Of a stretch of DNA of 64,000 nucleotides, positions 48,500 through 57,911 are shown one piece after another. The position numbers were made by a program, and so were the translations under genes. Position 1 is the first letter of the stretch; each line of letters starts with the position of its first letter. Source of the DNA: Ostreococcus lucimarinus (lineage: Eukaryota); assembly GCA_000092065.1 (NCBI GenBank), contig CP000596.1. One strand, 5' to 3'. Below the pieces are notes generated by a model. The model was not told the origin of the DNA. It was given only the letters and a program-made list of their open reading frames with translations, and made no database searches.

Positions 48500-48850
48500 G
48501 GCGCTCGCGCGGCGTCGTTCGAGCGTCGGACGCGCGCGCGACGCGTTCGTTCGATCGACGTCCGCGGCCGTCGGTCGGCGCGCGTCTCGCGCGTCGCGAT
48601 CGCGTCGCCGTCTGCGGCGCGCGCGGCGGGCGCGATCGATCGCGCGATCGATCGACGAATCACGAACCGTCGCGGGGGGGGTCTATACGTATTGAAGAAG
48701 GAAAACGCCCATGTTTTGAATGCGGCGCCGCGGTCGCCGTCCGACGGCGACGCCGACGCCGCACACGGCGTCGCGCGAGCGCGAGCGCGCGCGTCGAGCG
48801 CGTCGCGGTCGGATCGATCGATCGCGATCGCGAGACGTCCGACGCGCGCG

Positions 48851-48898
48851 TCGAATCGAATCGAATCGAGCGTCGAATCGAATCGGAATCGAATCGAA
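48851..48898. promoter_or_regulatory. (TCGAA)n pentanucleotide repeat in the 5' region of the YEATS gene.
   Basis: tcgaatcgaatcgaatcgagcgtcgaatcgaatcggaatcgaatcgaa lies 25-75 bp upstream of the ATG at 48924. The same element occurs at 11125-11160. Confidence 0.4.
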
Positions 48899-48923
48899 AC
48901 GCGACGACGACGACGCGCGACGC

Positions 48924-49547
48924 ATGGCGCGCGGCGCGGACGAGCGCGATCGGACGCAGGCGATGATCGTCGGAACGATCGCGCATTACCTCGGGAAGAG
49001 GGCGGACGAGTATCACAGCCATCGATGGACGGTGTACGTCAGAGGGCTGGACGGGGAGGATTTGTCGCACTGCGTGGAGAGCGTGGAGTTCGCGCTGCAC
49101 CCGTCGTTCGACGAACCGACGCGGGTGCTGACGCAGGCGCCGTACGAGGTGACGGAGACGGGATGGGGTGAATTCGACATCGGGGTGAAGATCACGTTCT
49201 CGAGCGATTGCGGCGAGGCGAGAACGGTGACGACGACGACGCCGTTGAAGCTGTTTCCGAGCGCGGAGGAAATCGCGAGGCACGGACCGCAGACGACGAA
49301 GAAACCGTTGATCAAGGAGCGGTACGAGGAAATCGTGTTTCACGAGTGCGATGGTGGGTTTTATAAGCGGATGAAGTCGCACGCGTGGAAGAGGGCGCCG
49401 AAGAGCGCGCACGACGACGCGTGGTCGTCGTTCAAGGACAAGCCCGAGCTCGTCGGCATCTACGCCGCGCGGGAGGTGACGAAGGAGCGGATCAAGATTT
49501 TGGAGCAACAACTCGAAGTCTTAGAGAGCATCGATGCCAACGCGTGA
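48924..49547 (+). CDS. YEATS-domain protein (Yaf9/GAS41-like).
   Basis: HSHRWTVYVRGLDGEDLSHCVESVEFALHPSFDEPTRVLTQAPYEVTETGWGEFDIGVKITF is a YEATS domain. The C-terminus is a coiled-coil. The first ATG is at 48924; the upstream part of the track ORF has no ATG. Confidence 0.85.
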   Translation: MARGADERDRTQAMIVGTIAHYLGKRADEYHSHRWTVYVRGLDGEDLSHCVESVEFALHPSFDEPTRVLTQAPYEVTETGWGEFDIGVKITFSSDCGEARTVTTTTPLKLFPSAEEIARHGPQTTKKPLIKERYEEIVFHECDGGFYKRMKSHAWKRAPKSAHDDAWSSFKDKPELVGIYAAREVTKERIKILEQQLEVLESIDANA

Positions 49548-49745
49548 CGGGGCGATGCGGTTTAGTTTGGAGATCGCGCGTCGCGCCGCGCGGTGGACGG
49601 CGCGTCGCGTCCGTCGTGTAACTCAATTTTAGACTCTTCTCATCCGACGACGCGACCAATGTGAAAATCGACGCGCGCGTCACACGACGACGCGGCGCGC
49701 GTCGCGGGTTTTCTCGCGAGGTTTCGAGCGCGACGCGCGTAAAAA

Positions 49746-50762
49746 ATGCGATCGAGCCGCGTCGAGGACGGGCGCGCGGCGCGCGCGCGCGCGCTCGACG
49801 CCGTGATCGATGCTTTAGAACGTAACGCCGAGAAAACGCTCGAGGCGCAGAAACAGCTCGAGCTGGACGAGAAGCGAATCAAAGTCTTCGCGACGAGCGA
49901 TTTACACACCGACATGCCGAAAAACATGCAGGTGATGGAAGAGTACGTCGAGCGCGAGACGGCGGCGCGTCGCGCGCGATCTGAGACGAACGAAGCGTCG
50001 GTGATCGTCGTCGCGGGCGACGTCGGCACGAATCTGGAGTGCGTCGAACTCACCTTGCGGTTGTTGAGCAAAGCCCACGACATGGTCTGCTACCTCCCCG
50101 CGGGAAATCACGAGCTGTGGTGCGCGACGACGGAACGGTGGTGCCGAGACAACGGACGAGAGTATCCGTGTGACTCGATCGGAAAGATGCTTCGTTTGAT
50201 TGATTTGTGTACCGACATTGGCGTGTGCTGTTCACCGTTGAGCGTCGCCGGCGTGCGAATAGTGCCCATCTACGGATGGTACGACGATCTTTTCGCCCCG
50301 CGCGGCGAGATCCCGGCGAAATATTCCGACTTGGAGCGCAGGTTCGATTGCGCGTGCTCGTGGCCGTCGTTCATCAATCCGCCGAGCGAGGCTCGCAACT
50401 CGCACTCGCCCGCCATCGGAGCGTTCATGCGGGCGGTCAACGATCGCGTTCTCGATCGATTTCAAGACGCCGCGCTCGATCAAAACTCGCCGATAAAACA
50501 CGTCATCACTTACTCTCATTTCATTCCGCGATCGGAGCTGTATAGAGGGACCTACGATCTGGTGCACGTGATGGGGAGCTGCAGAATAGACGCGGACGCC
50601 AAAAAATGGAAATCAACCGTTCACGTCTTCGGCCACTCGCACTTAAACGTCGACCGCTGCGTCGATGGTGTGCGATATATTCAATGCGCGCTCGGGTACC
50701 CGCACGAGCGTTGGTTCGGCGTCAACCACCCGAAATTAGTGTTCGACGCCTCGCTCGAGTGA
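49746..50762 (+). CDS. Calcineurin-like metallophosphoesterase family protein.
   Basis: IVVAGDVGT, LPAGNHELW and VFGHSHL are metal-binding-type motifs. By my count the ATG is at 49745-49747, one base off the track. Confidence 0.65.
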   Translation: MRSSRVEDGRAARARALDAVIDALERNAEKTLEAQKQLELDEKRIKVFATSDLHTDMPKNMQVMEEYVERETAARRARSETNEASVIVVAGDVGTNLECVELTLRLLSKAHDMVCYLPAGNHELWCATTERWCRDNGREYPCDSIGKMLRLIDLCTDIGVCCSPLSVAGVRIVPIYGWYDDLFAPRGEIPAKYSDLERRFDCACSWPSFINPPSEARNSHSPAIGAFMRAVNDRVLDRFQDAALDQNSPIKHVITYSHFIPRSELYRGTYDLVHVMGSCRIDADAKKWKSTVHVFGHSHLNVDRCVDGVRYIQCALGYPHERWFGVNHPKLVFDASLE

Positions 50763-50846
50763 CCGCTGGCGACGCCGCGGACCGCAGACCGCGCCTCGCC
50801 AGGCCTCCGTCGTCCATCCGCGCGCGACGCGAGTCTGTCGGAGTCG

Positions 50847-52637
50847 ATGTCGCGCGACTTCTCGCGTCGCGCACCGCGCGAGCGCGACGGCCGTCGTCGT
50901 CGTCTCGTCGCGTTCGCCGTCGCGGCGGTTGGATTAATCTGCGGCGTCGTCCCGGTCGCCGCCAAGCTCGCGCAAGGCACGGTGGTGCTCAACAGCGAGG
51001 TGACGGAGAAAGTGCTCACGAAATTTAGCGTATCCAAAGTCGGCGGGTCGCTGAAATTGAAGCTGACCACGGCGAAGACGGGTTGGGAACGCGGCGCGCA
51101 TCAGCTCGAACTTTTGGTGTTGAACGACGAAGAATACTTCAAATGGCGAGCGATGATGAAGAAAGGGTCTCTGTGTCGCGATCGGAACGCCCTGGCGTCG
51201 CGAAGGCACCAGGTCGCGCTGCCGCATCCCGGGGCGACGCATCAAGCGTTGGGGTACGAATTTTTCATCGACCCGGAGAGCGGCGATAGCTATCGTTTGG
51301 ATTTGTCTACTGGGAACACGACGTGGATGCACCCGAACGCGCATCACGAGAAGGCGTCCGCGATCGTGCATCGAGAGACGTCGTTATCGGTGGAGCTGAA
51401 GGAGACGAAAACGACCAATTCGCGGGCGAAAGTGGTGGAATACGGCGTGGCGAGTAATTGGTTCGTCGTGTTGAGCGACTGCGCGTTGGAGTTTTACCAA
51501 GCCAAGCCCCCGGCGTTGCATTACGAGTTGGAATTGAAGAGCAATAACAAACACTTACCGGAAGAACTCAGAGGGCTCGGGGTGATTTACGCGATCGCGT
51601 GGCTCGGTATGGCGGGCGCGCTGGCGGTGTTTTCAATTTTAGCGTTCAAAGAATACTCGAAAGCAAAGAGCGTGCACGCGCTCGTACTCGTCGTCATGCT
51701 CGCGCACGCGTGTCAGCTGACGTCGCTTGGGTTGGAATTCATGCACATCACCGTGTTCGCGATGAACGGGAAAGGTTTACGTTGGCGATACACGTGGTTT
51801 GCCGCGGATTTCGCGGCGGAAATGTTGCAAGGCGCAAGCGAGTTTATCGTCGAGTTCGTGTTATTGTTCCTCGTGTGCGGCTGGACCACGCTTTCGATGA
51901 CGGTGAGTGGACTCGGGGGGAGCCTGTTCGCGTCGCTCGAGTCAGGTGCAGGCGGTAACGGCGCGCGACCGCATCCGCCGTCCGGCGCCGATGGTAGACA
52001 ATCGACTCGAGCGATGCTGACGAGCGTGCTGAAATCCTTCTTCAAGGTAAACTCTGACGATCCAGCGGTGAAATATCGGGTTGATCTCGTCGCTGGTGCG
52101 TTACGTTCGCCCGTGAACATGCTCAAACGCGGCGCGGAGACTACGATTGGCGTCGTCATCTTAGTCTTCTTTGCCTTGGTGCACTTGACGCTCGAATTGA
52201 TGTCGCGCAAGTATCACGAGGATTTCGAGGCATTTCACGATCACGATCACTGGCCCGGGTACGCGTTGGTGTTCATGCGCGTCGCGTTCGCCGTGTTGTT
52301 CATCGTCGCCGGCGGATCGACGTACGCGACGGCGAAATCGCAAGATCAAGCTCTGGCGCAGTTTATTAGAAACTTGCTCGTCATCGGCGCCGCGTGGTTG
52401 CTCGCGTTTCCATTCGTGATTTTCACCGCGCAAGGGGTTCCGTTGATTTGGCGCGAGCGATACGTCGCCGGAGGTTGTGCGTTTCTGCAATGCACCGCGC
52501 TCGCGGCGCTCGGCATCTTGGTTCTCGTGGACGGATCGTTTAAAAAGCTCAGCTCCGTCGCCGGAGGCGGCGTCGACGTCGCGGCTCGCGCCAAGCTCGG
52601 TCGTCGCGGATTTAGGGCGAAAGTGGCGATCGATTAG
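50847..52637 (+). CDS. Multi-pass (about 7 TM) membrane protein with an N-terminal signal anchor and a lumenal or extracellular N-domain. Possibly in the GPR180/TMEM145 or LUSTR-like receptor-fold family.
   Basis: ATG at 50847. LVAFAVAAVGLICGVVPVAA is an N-terminal hydrophobic segment. A ~230-aa soluble domain contains the WW-like motif GDSYRLDLSTGNTTWMHP. Seven hydrophobic segments follow between residues ~250 and 560. Confidence 0.55.
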   Translation: MSRDFSRRAPRERDGRRRRLVAFAVAAVGLICGVVPVAAKLAQGTVVLNSEVTEKVLTKFSVSKVGGSLKLKLTTAKTGWERGAHQLELLVLNDEEYFKWRAMMKKGSLCRDRNALASRRHQVALPHPGATHQALGYEFFIDPESGDSYRLDLSTGNTTWMHPNAHHEKASAIVHRETSLSVELKETKTTNSRAKVVEYGVASNWFVVLSDCALEFYQAKPPALHYELELKSNNKHLPEELRGLGVIYAIAWLGMAGALAVFSILAFKEYSKAKSVHALVLVVMLAHACQLTSLGLEFMHITVFAMNGKGLRWRYTWFAADFAAEMLQGASEFIVEFVLLFLVCGWTTLSMTVSGLGGSLFASLESGAGGNGARPHPPSGADGRQSTRAMLTSVLKSFFKVNSDDPAVKYRVDLVAGALRSPVNMLKRGAETTIGVVILVFFALVHLTLELMSRKYHEDFEAFHDHDHWPGYALVFMRVAFAVLFIVAGGSTYATAKSQDQALAQFIRNLLVIGAAWLLAFPFVIFTAQGVPLIWRERYVAGGCAFLQCTALAALGILVLVDGSFKKLSSVAGGGVDVAARAKLGRRGFRAKVAID

Positions 52638-52693
52638 CGCGCGCGATGTAAAAAAACAAAAGTTGGCTTTGATTAATCGTTACAGCGTCGGTT

Positions 52694-53836
52694 TCAGTGC
52701 TTCGCGCGCTCGCTTCTGTACTCTTCGTCGTACGCCCAGCGTTGATAGTCTTGCGCCAAACCTCCGACGAAGACGGATTGAAGCACTCGCAAAGTCGTTC
52801 CGAGCACGGCGTCGCCCACGCGCTGGGAAACACCTTTCGGAACCTTCGCAAACGGACCGGGAGGATCGACGCCGACGCCGATATCGGTCCATCCCATGAT
52901 GCACGCGCCCTCGCTCTCCTTTTCGCTCGCCGCGTCTTCGTCGTCGACGAACCCCGTCCGCGTCAACGCCGGTCCATCCAAACTCCCATCCCCTATCGAT
53001 CGCCACCTAAACGCCGTCGTCCCGCGATTCACGAACATGTCGTTCAACCCCAAGCTCTCCACGAGCTTCCCCTCGACCTTGGCGCTGATTATCTCGATCA
53101 ACACGCACGGCCCCCGCATCGCCGCTCTCCGCGTCTCCGGTCTCCGTCCCGCCTTCACCTCCGCCTCTCCGTCCACGCCCTCGTCCCACGCTCGCCCGTG
53201 CCACGTCTCCACCGTTTCCTCGTCCCCCAAGCACCGCACGCGCACCGTGATCACCGGCGCCACCTCCAACGAAAAAAACTTCAGTCCCGGTATCGTCAGC
53301 TCAAACGTTTCGTCCCGCGTCTCGCTCGCCGTCGCCGTTCTCACCGTCCCCTCTCCCAGCCTCGCCATCGTCGCTCCCAGCGGCAGCGGCACGTCCACGT
53401 ACTGCGACACCGGCAGTCGCATGTAATCGCTCAGCGTCAGCCCCGGTTCGTCGCGCTCGTCCGTCGCCGCCCGCACCCGCGTGTGCGCTCGCAGATTCAC
53501 CGCGTACGCGCAGCAGTCCCGTCCCTCGCCCGCGTCGAGCGCGCACTCCACCGACGACGCGTCGAATACCGTCGCGTCGCTCGACGCCGCGCTCGCGCGC
53601 CGCGCGCGTCGCGTCGCGTCGCCGTGCGCGCGCGAACGCGACGCCCGCGGATAAGGCGCGCGGCATCCGAGACGCGCTCGACGCGCGCCGCCCGACGCGC
53701 GCGTCGCGTCCGCGCGCCGCGTCGAGCGACGGTCGAGCGCGGCGCCGCCGGTTCGCGCGACGCGCGTCGAGCGCATGCCGCGCGCGCGTCGACGCGAAGT
53801 GGCGCCAGAGTCGAGCGCGACAAGCGCGCGAATCAT
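52694..53836 (-). CDS. Hypothetical protein with a transit-peptide-like N-terminus and a conserved-looking C-terminal half. The start is the ATG at 53836 or 53776.
   Basis: The Arg/Ala/Ser-rich N-terminus is followed by ...TFELTIPGLKFFSLEVAPVITVRVRC...GPCVLIEIISAKVEGKLVESLGLNDMFVNRGTTAFRWRS...ACIMGWTDIGVGVDPPGPFAKVPKGVSQRVGDAVLGTTLRVLQSVFVGGLAQDYQRW. Family assignment is unsure; it may be a DUF1997-like plastid protein. Confidence 0.5.
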   Translation of the reverse strand: MIRALVALDSGATSRRRARGMRSTRVARTGGAALDRRSTRRADATRASGGARRARLGCRAPYPRASRSRAHGDATRRARRASAASSDATVFDASSVECALDAGEGRDCCAYAVNLRAHTRVRAATDERDEPGLTLSDYMRLPVSQYVDVPLPLGATMARLGEGTVRTATASETRDETFELTIPGLKFFSLEVAPVITVRVRCLGDEETVETWHGRAWDEGVDGEAEVKAGRRPETRRAAMRGPCVLIEIISAKVEGKLVESLGLNDMFVNRGTTAFRWRSIGDGSLDGPALTRTGFVDDEDAASEKESEGACIMGWTDIGVGVDPPGPFAKVPKGVSQRVGDAVLGTTLRVLQSVFVGGLAQDYQRWAYDEEYRSERAKH

Positions 53837-54695
53837 GTCCCGAAGCGACGACGACGCGCGGAGCGCGCCGACGTGCGCGGTGTGCTACGACGACGTCGAC
53901 GACGCGTCGCTCGCGCGATTGCCGTGCTGCGGCGCGCGCGCGCGCGCGTCGACGACGCAGTTTTGCGCGAAATGCGTCGAGATTTTGATTCAGACGGGGG
54001 ACGGCGTCGCCGCGTGTCCGCGGTGTCGCGCGGCGATCGCGCGCGTCGATGGGGCGTTCGTCGCGGCGCCGCTTCGGCGGTGCGCGGTGTGCCGGCAGGC
54101 GAGGGCGACGGGAGAGACGTGCGAGGCGTGCGCGCTCGGCGGACGCGCGGCGCTGCGATATCGTTGCGAGCGGTGCGGCGGCGCGCAGCGCATACCGCAC
54201 CCGATGTGGCGGTACATGGCGTCGCCGACGTCCTTGTCGAGCGCGACGTGGGCGTGTCACGGGGCGTGCGGGGATTACACGCGGTGGAGGATCGATTCGC
54301 GGGACGCGGCGAGCGTGCCGGCGAGCGACGCGCCGGCGAGTTGGGGATCGAGCGAGGCGTGGCTCGCCGCGGCGCGGGAGGCGGTCGAACGCGCGCGGGC
54401 GAGCGAGGCGCGGTTAGAGGGGGCGCGGACGACGCGCGTGGGGGATGGGGTGAAGGCGGCGGTGATGGTGGCGCTGTGGGCGGCGGCGGCGGCGATGATG
54501 GCGTTCGCCGACGGACCGTTCGTTGAAGAAGGCGGCGGCGGCGGCGACGCGCGGTCGTCGTCGTCGTCCTTCTTTTCGTCGTCGTCGCTCTCGTCGTCGT
54601 CGTCGTCGGGTGGCGCGTTGCGACGCGCGATTTCTAGATCGTTCGGCTCGTCGGTGGGGGGCGCCAACGTTAGTCGAGCGGACGCCGCCGCGTGA
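53835..54695 (+). CDS. Cysteine-rich RING-variant/zinc-ribbon protein with a poly-Ser C-terminal tail. The start is the ATG at 53835 or 53775.
   Basis: CAVCYDDVDDASLARLPCCGARARASTTQFCAKCVEILIQTGDGVAACPRCR is a C4C4-like cross-brace. A second cluster reads CAVCRQARATGETCEACALGG...RCERCGGAQRIPHP...WACHGACGDY. Confidence 0.6.
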   Translation: MSRSDDDARSAPTCAVCYDDVDDASLARLPCCGARARASTTQFCAKCVEILIQTGDGVAACPRCRAAIARVDGAFVAAPLRRCAVCRQARATGETCEACALGGRAALRYRCERCGGAQRIPHPMWRYMASPTSLSSATWACHGACGDYTRWRIDSRDAASVPASDAPASWGSSEAWLAAAREAVERARASEARLEGARTTRVGDGVKAAVMVALWAAAAAMMAFADGPFVEEGGGGGDARSSSSSFFSSSSLSSSSSSGGALRRAISRSFGSSVGGANVSRADAAA

Positions 54696-54805
54696 CGATT
54701 CGGGGCGGTGCGCCCGCGGTCGCTGGCCGACGCGCGATGCGTAACGAAAATGAAATGTATTAACAAGCGGCGAGCAACGAGCAGTACTAGTACAGCGCGC
54801 GATCA

Positions 54806-56065
54806 TCACACTGCCACGTCCGGCGCGGAGAAATCGCTCGGCACCGGCTCGACGACGGTTCTCGCGTTGGCCAATTTATCCCCTCCGCTCGTAACCTTGG
54901 CGCTCGTGATGCGCGCGTTCGTGCCGATTGAACCTAAATATTCTTCGCCCTTCGTCACGTACCCGAACACGGCGAACTCCCCCTCCTCGAACGACAAACC
55001 GCCGAGCCCGGCGCTTCGCTTGTCGAATAAATACACAAAGAATTGCTCCTTATCGCTCTGCCCGTCGCTACTTCTAGCCATCGCCACCGAACCGTTGATG
55101 CTGAGCGGAATGCTCGGAATCGCTTCGCCCGATTGCACGTCGAGCGGCGAGCGGTACAAAGGATCGAACGAATCGCTCGATTTAATCTCGAGCGGCACGC
55201 TCTCCTGCGAGTCGGCGTTCGTGCCGCCCATGATGCTCGTCTCGCTTCGTCGCAACGGTGCGTTGTCGTACACCCCCCGCTTGACGTTATCGACGAAATT
55301 TCCCGCCGTCACCGGCGCGTTGTAGCCATCGACGGTGATTTCGATCGTCGCCTCATCCAACTTATCCCCGTTGAGCAACCCAAATCCGCCGCCGTCGGCG
55401 TTCCGCACCTTCAATTCCACGGTCGCGCGCCCGACGAGTTTGGGCAACGCCTGATATTTCGCTGGAATTTGAAACGGCAGTCCCGGCGCTTGCGCGATCT
55501 GCACGACGGACAGCGAATCCAACGCTTGCGCGATTTTCGCGTCAAACGTATCAAAGTCTTGCGTCGCCGCCGCCCGACTCAACCGTTCCAGCGCGTCGTC
55601 CAATCGCGCGTACGCCTCCTCCGCCTCCGCTCGATCGTTCGACCGTACGTTTTCAAACACATCCGTCTTCTTTTCGAGCATTATTTTCCGCGATTCATCG
55701 ACGTCTTTCGCCATCGTCGCCCAGGGCTTGCGCTGCGGTATGCGCATCAGGTACGCCGCGTCCTCGAGTTTGCGTTGGATCTCTCGCGTCTCTTCGTTCA
55801 CCGCCGGCACCGCGCGTCGAAGCGCCGCCTTCGCGTTGCGCGGCAGGCGACTGTTCGGGTTGCTCAGCGCCGCCAGCGCGTCGGGCGTCGGCGCCGCGCT
55901 CAGCGTCGCGGCCAGAGCCAAAGCCAAGAGAGATCGACCGAGCGCGGCGTCGTCGGACGACGCGTCGCGGTTCGCGGCGCGCGCGGCGACGCGGTTTCGA
56001 CGCCTCGATCGGGGCGCGGCGGCCGGCGCGCGCGGGGGGGCGGCGCGCGCGACGGCGTCGGGCAT
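54806..56065 (-). CDS. CYP38/TLP40-like thylakoid-lumen peptidyl-prolyl isomerase. An N-terminal helical domain precedes a C-terminal divergent cyclophilin domain.
   Basis: ...ATIEITVDGYNAPVTAGNFVDNVKRGVYDNAPLRRSETSIMGG...EQFFVYLFDKRSAGLGGLSFEEGEFAVFGYVTKGEEYLGSI... is the cyclophilin-type fold of CYP38. A bipartite transit-like N-terminus is present. ATG at 56065. Confidence 0.85.
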   Translation of the reverse strand: MPDAVARAAPPRAPAAAPRSRRRNRVAARAANRDASSDDAALGRSLLALALAATLSAAPTPDALAALSNPNSRLPRNAKAALRRAVPAVNEETREIQRKLEDAAYLMRIPQRKPWATMAKDVDESRKIMLEKKTDVFENVRSNDRAEAEEAYARLDDALERLSRAAATQDFDTFDAKIAQALDSLSVVQIAQAPGLPFQIPAKYQALPKLVGRATVELKVRNADGGGFGLLNGDKLDEATIEITVDGYNAPVTAGNFVDNVKRGVYDNAPLRRSETSIMGGTNADSQESVPLEIKSSDSFDPLYRSPLDVQSGEAIPSIPLSINGSVAMARSSDGQSDKEQFFVYLFDKRSAGLGGLSFEEGEFAVFGYVTKGEEYLGSIGTNARITSAKVTSGGDKLANARTVVEPVPSDFSAPDVAV

Positions 56066-56200
56066 CTCGCGGCGCTCGCGCGCCGAGTGTGCGGACGCGG
56101 CGAGACGCGCGCGACGAGCGATTCGTCTCCGCGAAGCGCGACGGGCGAATCGAGCGCGCGCGATGTTTGATTTAAACCTAAACCTTTTTGAAACGTAAAC

Positions 56201-57799
56201 CTAAGACGACGGTAAGTACTTGCGAACCATGTCGCGCGCGCGGGCGTAATCGACGACTTTGAAATTGTCGGCGCGTCGGCGCGCGGCGGCGTCGGGCGCG
56301 TCGGCCGCCGCGCTCGGAACGAGCACGTCGAGCGTGGCGCGCCAGCCTGGGTCGACGTCGCGATGGTCGAGTCGAGTGCTGATCCAGGGGCAGTAGGGCA
56401 AGTGCTCGTCGATGACGTTGAAACGCACGGCGAGCGCGGGGATGTTGAGCTTGGCGTTTTCGTCGACGGCGACGCGTTTGCGCTTCTTCGCCGCGGCGAG
56501 TTTTTTCGTCGCCGCGGCGACGACGATTGACGCAAACTTTGAACCTTGTTCGGAATCGAGCGTTGCCGACGGCGTAGCGTCGGTCATCGTGGTCACCGGA
56601 CGCGGGCTACCGAATAACGGCGTCGACGACGTCGTCGAACCAAAAGGCGTGGAATCCACCTTCGCATCACTCGCACCACCGCCCGCGATGCTCGCCGTGA
56701 GCTTGGACAAAACGCTCGCGCCGGCGACGGCGGCGACCCATTTCGACTTGACGCTCGGCGAGTGCGCCGGTTTCTCCTCGTGAAGTTTCGGGGCGAACGG
56801 CGCGGCGGCGGCGGCGGCGACGGCGCTCCGCAACGTCCCCAAACCGTACGTCCCACCGGCGGCACCTCGAAGCGCCGCCAGCGTCGTCTTTGGTTTCTTG
56901 CTCGACGAACTCTGCGCCATCGCGAGCTGCTTACGACTCGCAATCAGAGGTGTGAATGTCCATTCCGGCGCGCGCACGCCGCAAAGCGCGCAACAATACG
57001 CCGCGCGTCCCTTCGCGTCCGTCTCCAAATCCCCATCCACGACCGTCGGCGACCAACCGAACAACCCCATCTCCGTCGCATAATCGATCGCCGACCTTCG
57101 CTCGAGCGGGGTCAAGTCATCCGCGTCGTCGCTCGCGCTCGTCTCCGCCTCCTCCGCGTGCGTCCGCGCGTCTCGCACCAACGCGCGAATCCTCTCCTTC
57201 TCCCCGTCCCCGATCGCCTCGCTCGTCGGTCGCGATCGTCCTTCGTCCTCTAAAGCTCCCACGACCATGGGTAATTTCCCTCCTCGACGCGCGATCGCGT
57301 CTACTCGACTCGCGAAATCCGCGCGCGTCTCGTCGGCGCTCGCCGCCGGAAATCCGCGCGCGCTCGTCGAGCATCCCGTCTCCCGCCACGCGCACCCGCG
57401 CTCGTGCGTGTCGACTAAGTCTTTCATCACGCGTTCGTTGACGTCTTTTCGCGCGTCTTCGTCTAATTTATCCACGTTTCCCGGGTACGCCAACAGCGCT
57501 TCGCACGTCTCGCACCGCAGCAAATCTCTCGCCTCGAGCGTCCACCCTCGCGCCGCGCACGCGGGCCCTTGCAGCGCGCTCGGCTTGTCGAAGTTCCATC
57601 GCACGCAGTCTCTGAACGCGCGCAGGCGCCTGAAGTAGTCGGCGCGCGAGAGCGGACGCGCGGGAAGATTGGCGGACGAACTGGCGTCGACGTCGAGCGC
57701 GACGTCGAGCGGCGCGTCGTCGACGCGACCGGCGTCGAGCAGGGTCGACGTGATCAGTTCGAAGCGCGACGACGGCGTGGGCGACGCGGCGGTGGTCAT
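56201..57799 (-). CDS. C3HC-type zinc-finger protein (NIPA/Rsm1-like).
   Basis: YFRRLRAFRDCVRWNFDKPSALQGPACAARGWTLEARDLLRCETCEALLAY is the zf-C3HC signature. A second Rsm1-like motif reads AAYCCALCGVRAPEWTF. The first ATG is at 57799; the track start at 57835 is a GTG. Confidence 0.75.
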   Translation of the reverse strand: MTTAASPTPSSRFELITSTLLDAGRVDDAPLDVALDVDASSSANLPARPLSRADYFRRLRAFRDCVRWNFDKPSALQGPACAARGWTLEARDLLRCETCEALLAYPGNVDKLDEDARKDVNERVMKDLVDTHERGCAWRETGCSTSARGFPAASADETRADFASRVDAIARRGGKLPMVVGALEDEGRSRPTSEAIGDGEKERIRALVRDARTHAEEAETSASDDADDLTPLERRSAIDYATEMGLFGWSPTVVDGDLETDAKGRAAYCCALCGVRAPEWTFTPLIASRKQLAMAQSSSSKKPKTTLAALRGAAGGTYGLGTLRSAVAAAAAAPFAPKLHEEKPAHSPSVKSKWVAAVAGASVLSKLTASIAGGGASDAKVDSTPFGSTTSSTPLFGSPRPVTTMTDATPSATLDSEQGSKFASIVVAAATKKLAAAKKRKRVAVDENAKLNIPALAVRFNVIDEHLPYCPWISTRLDHRDVDPGWRATLDVLVPSAAADAPDAAARRRADNFKVVDYARARDMVRKYLPSS

Positions 57800-57911
57800 C
57801 GGCGTCGCGCGCGCGGAGGAATGGCGATCGGTCACTCAGTCGTCGACGCGCGCGAAACCAACCGGCGCGGCGCGGCGGCGAGTCGAGATTCGGTTGATTA
57901 CAATCGGCGAG

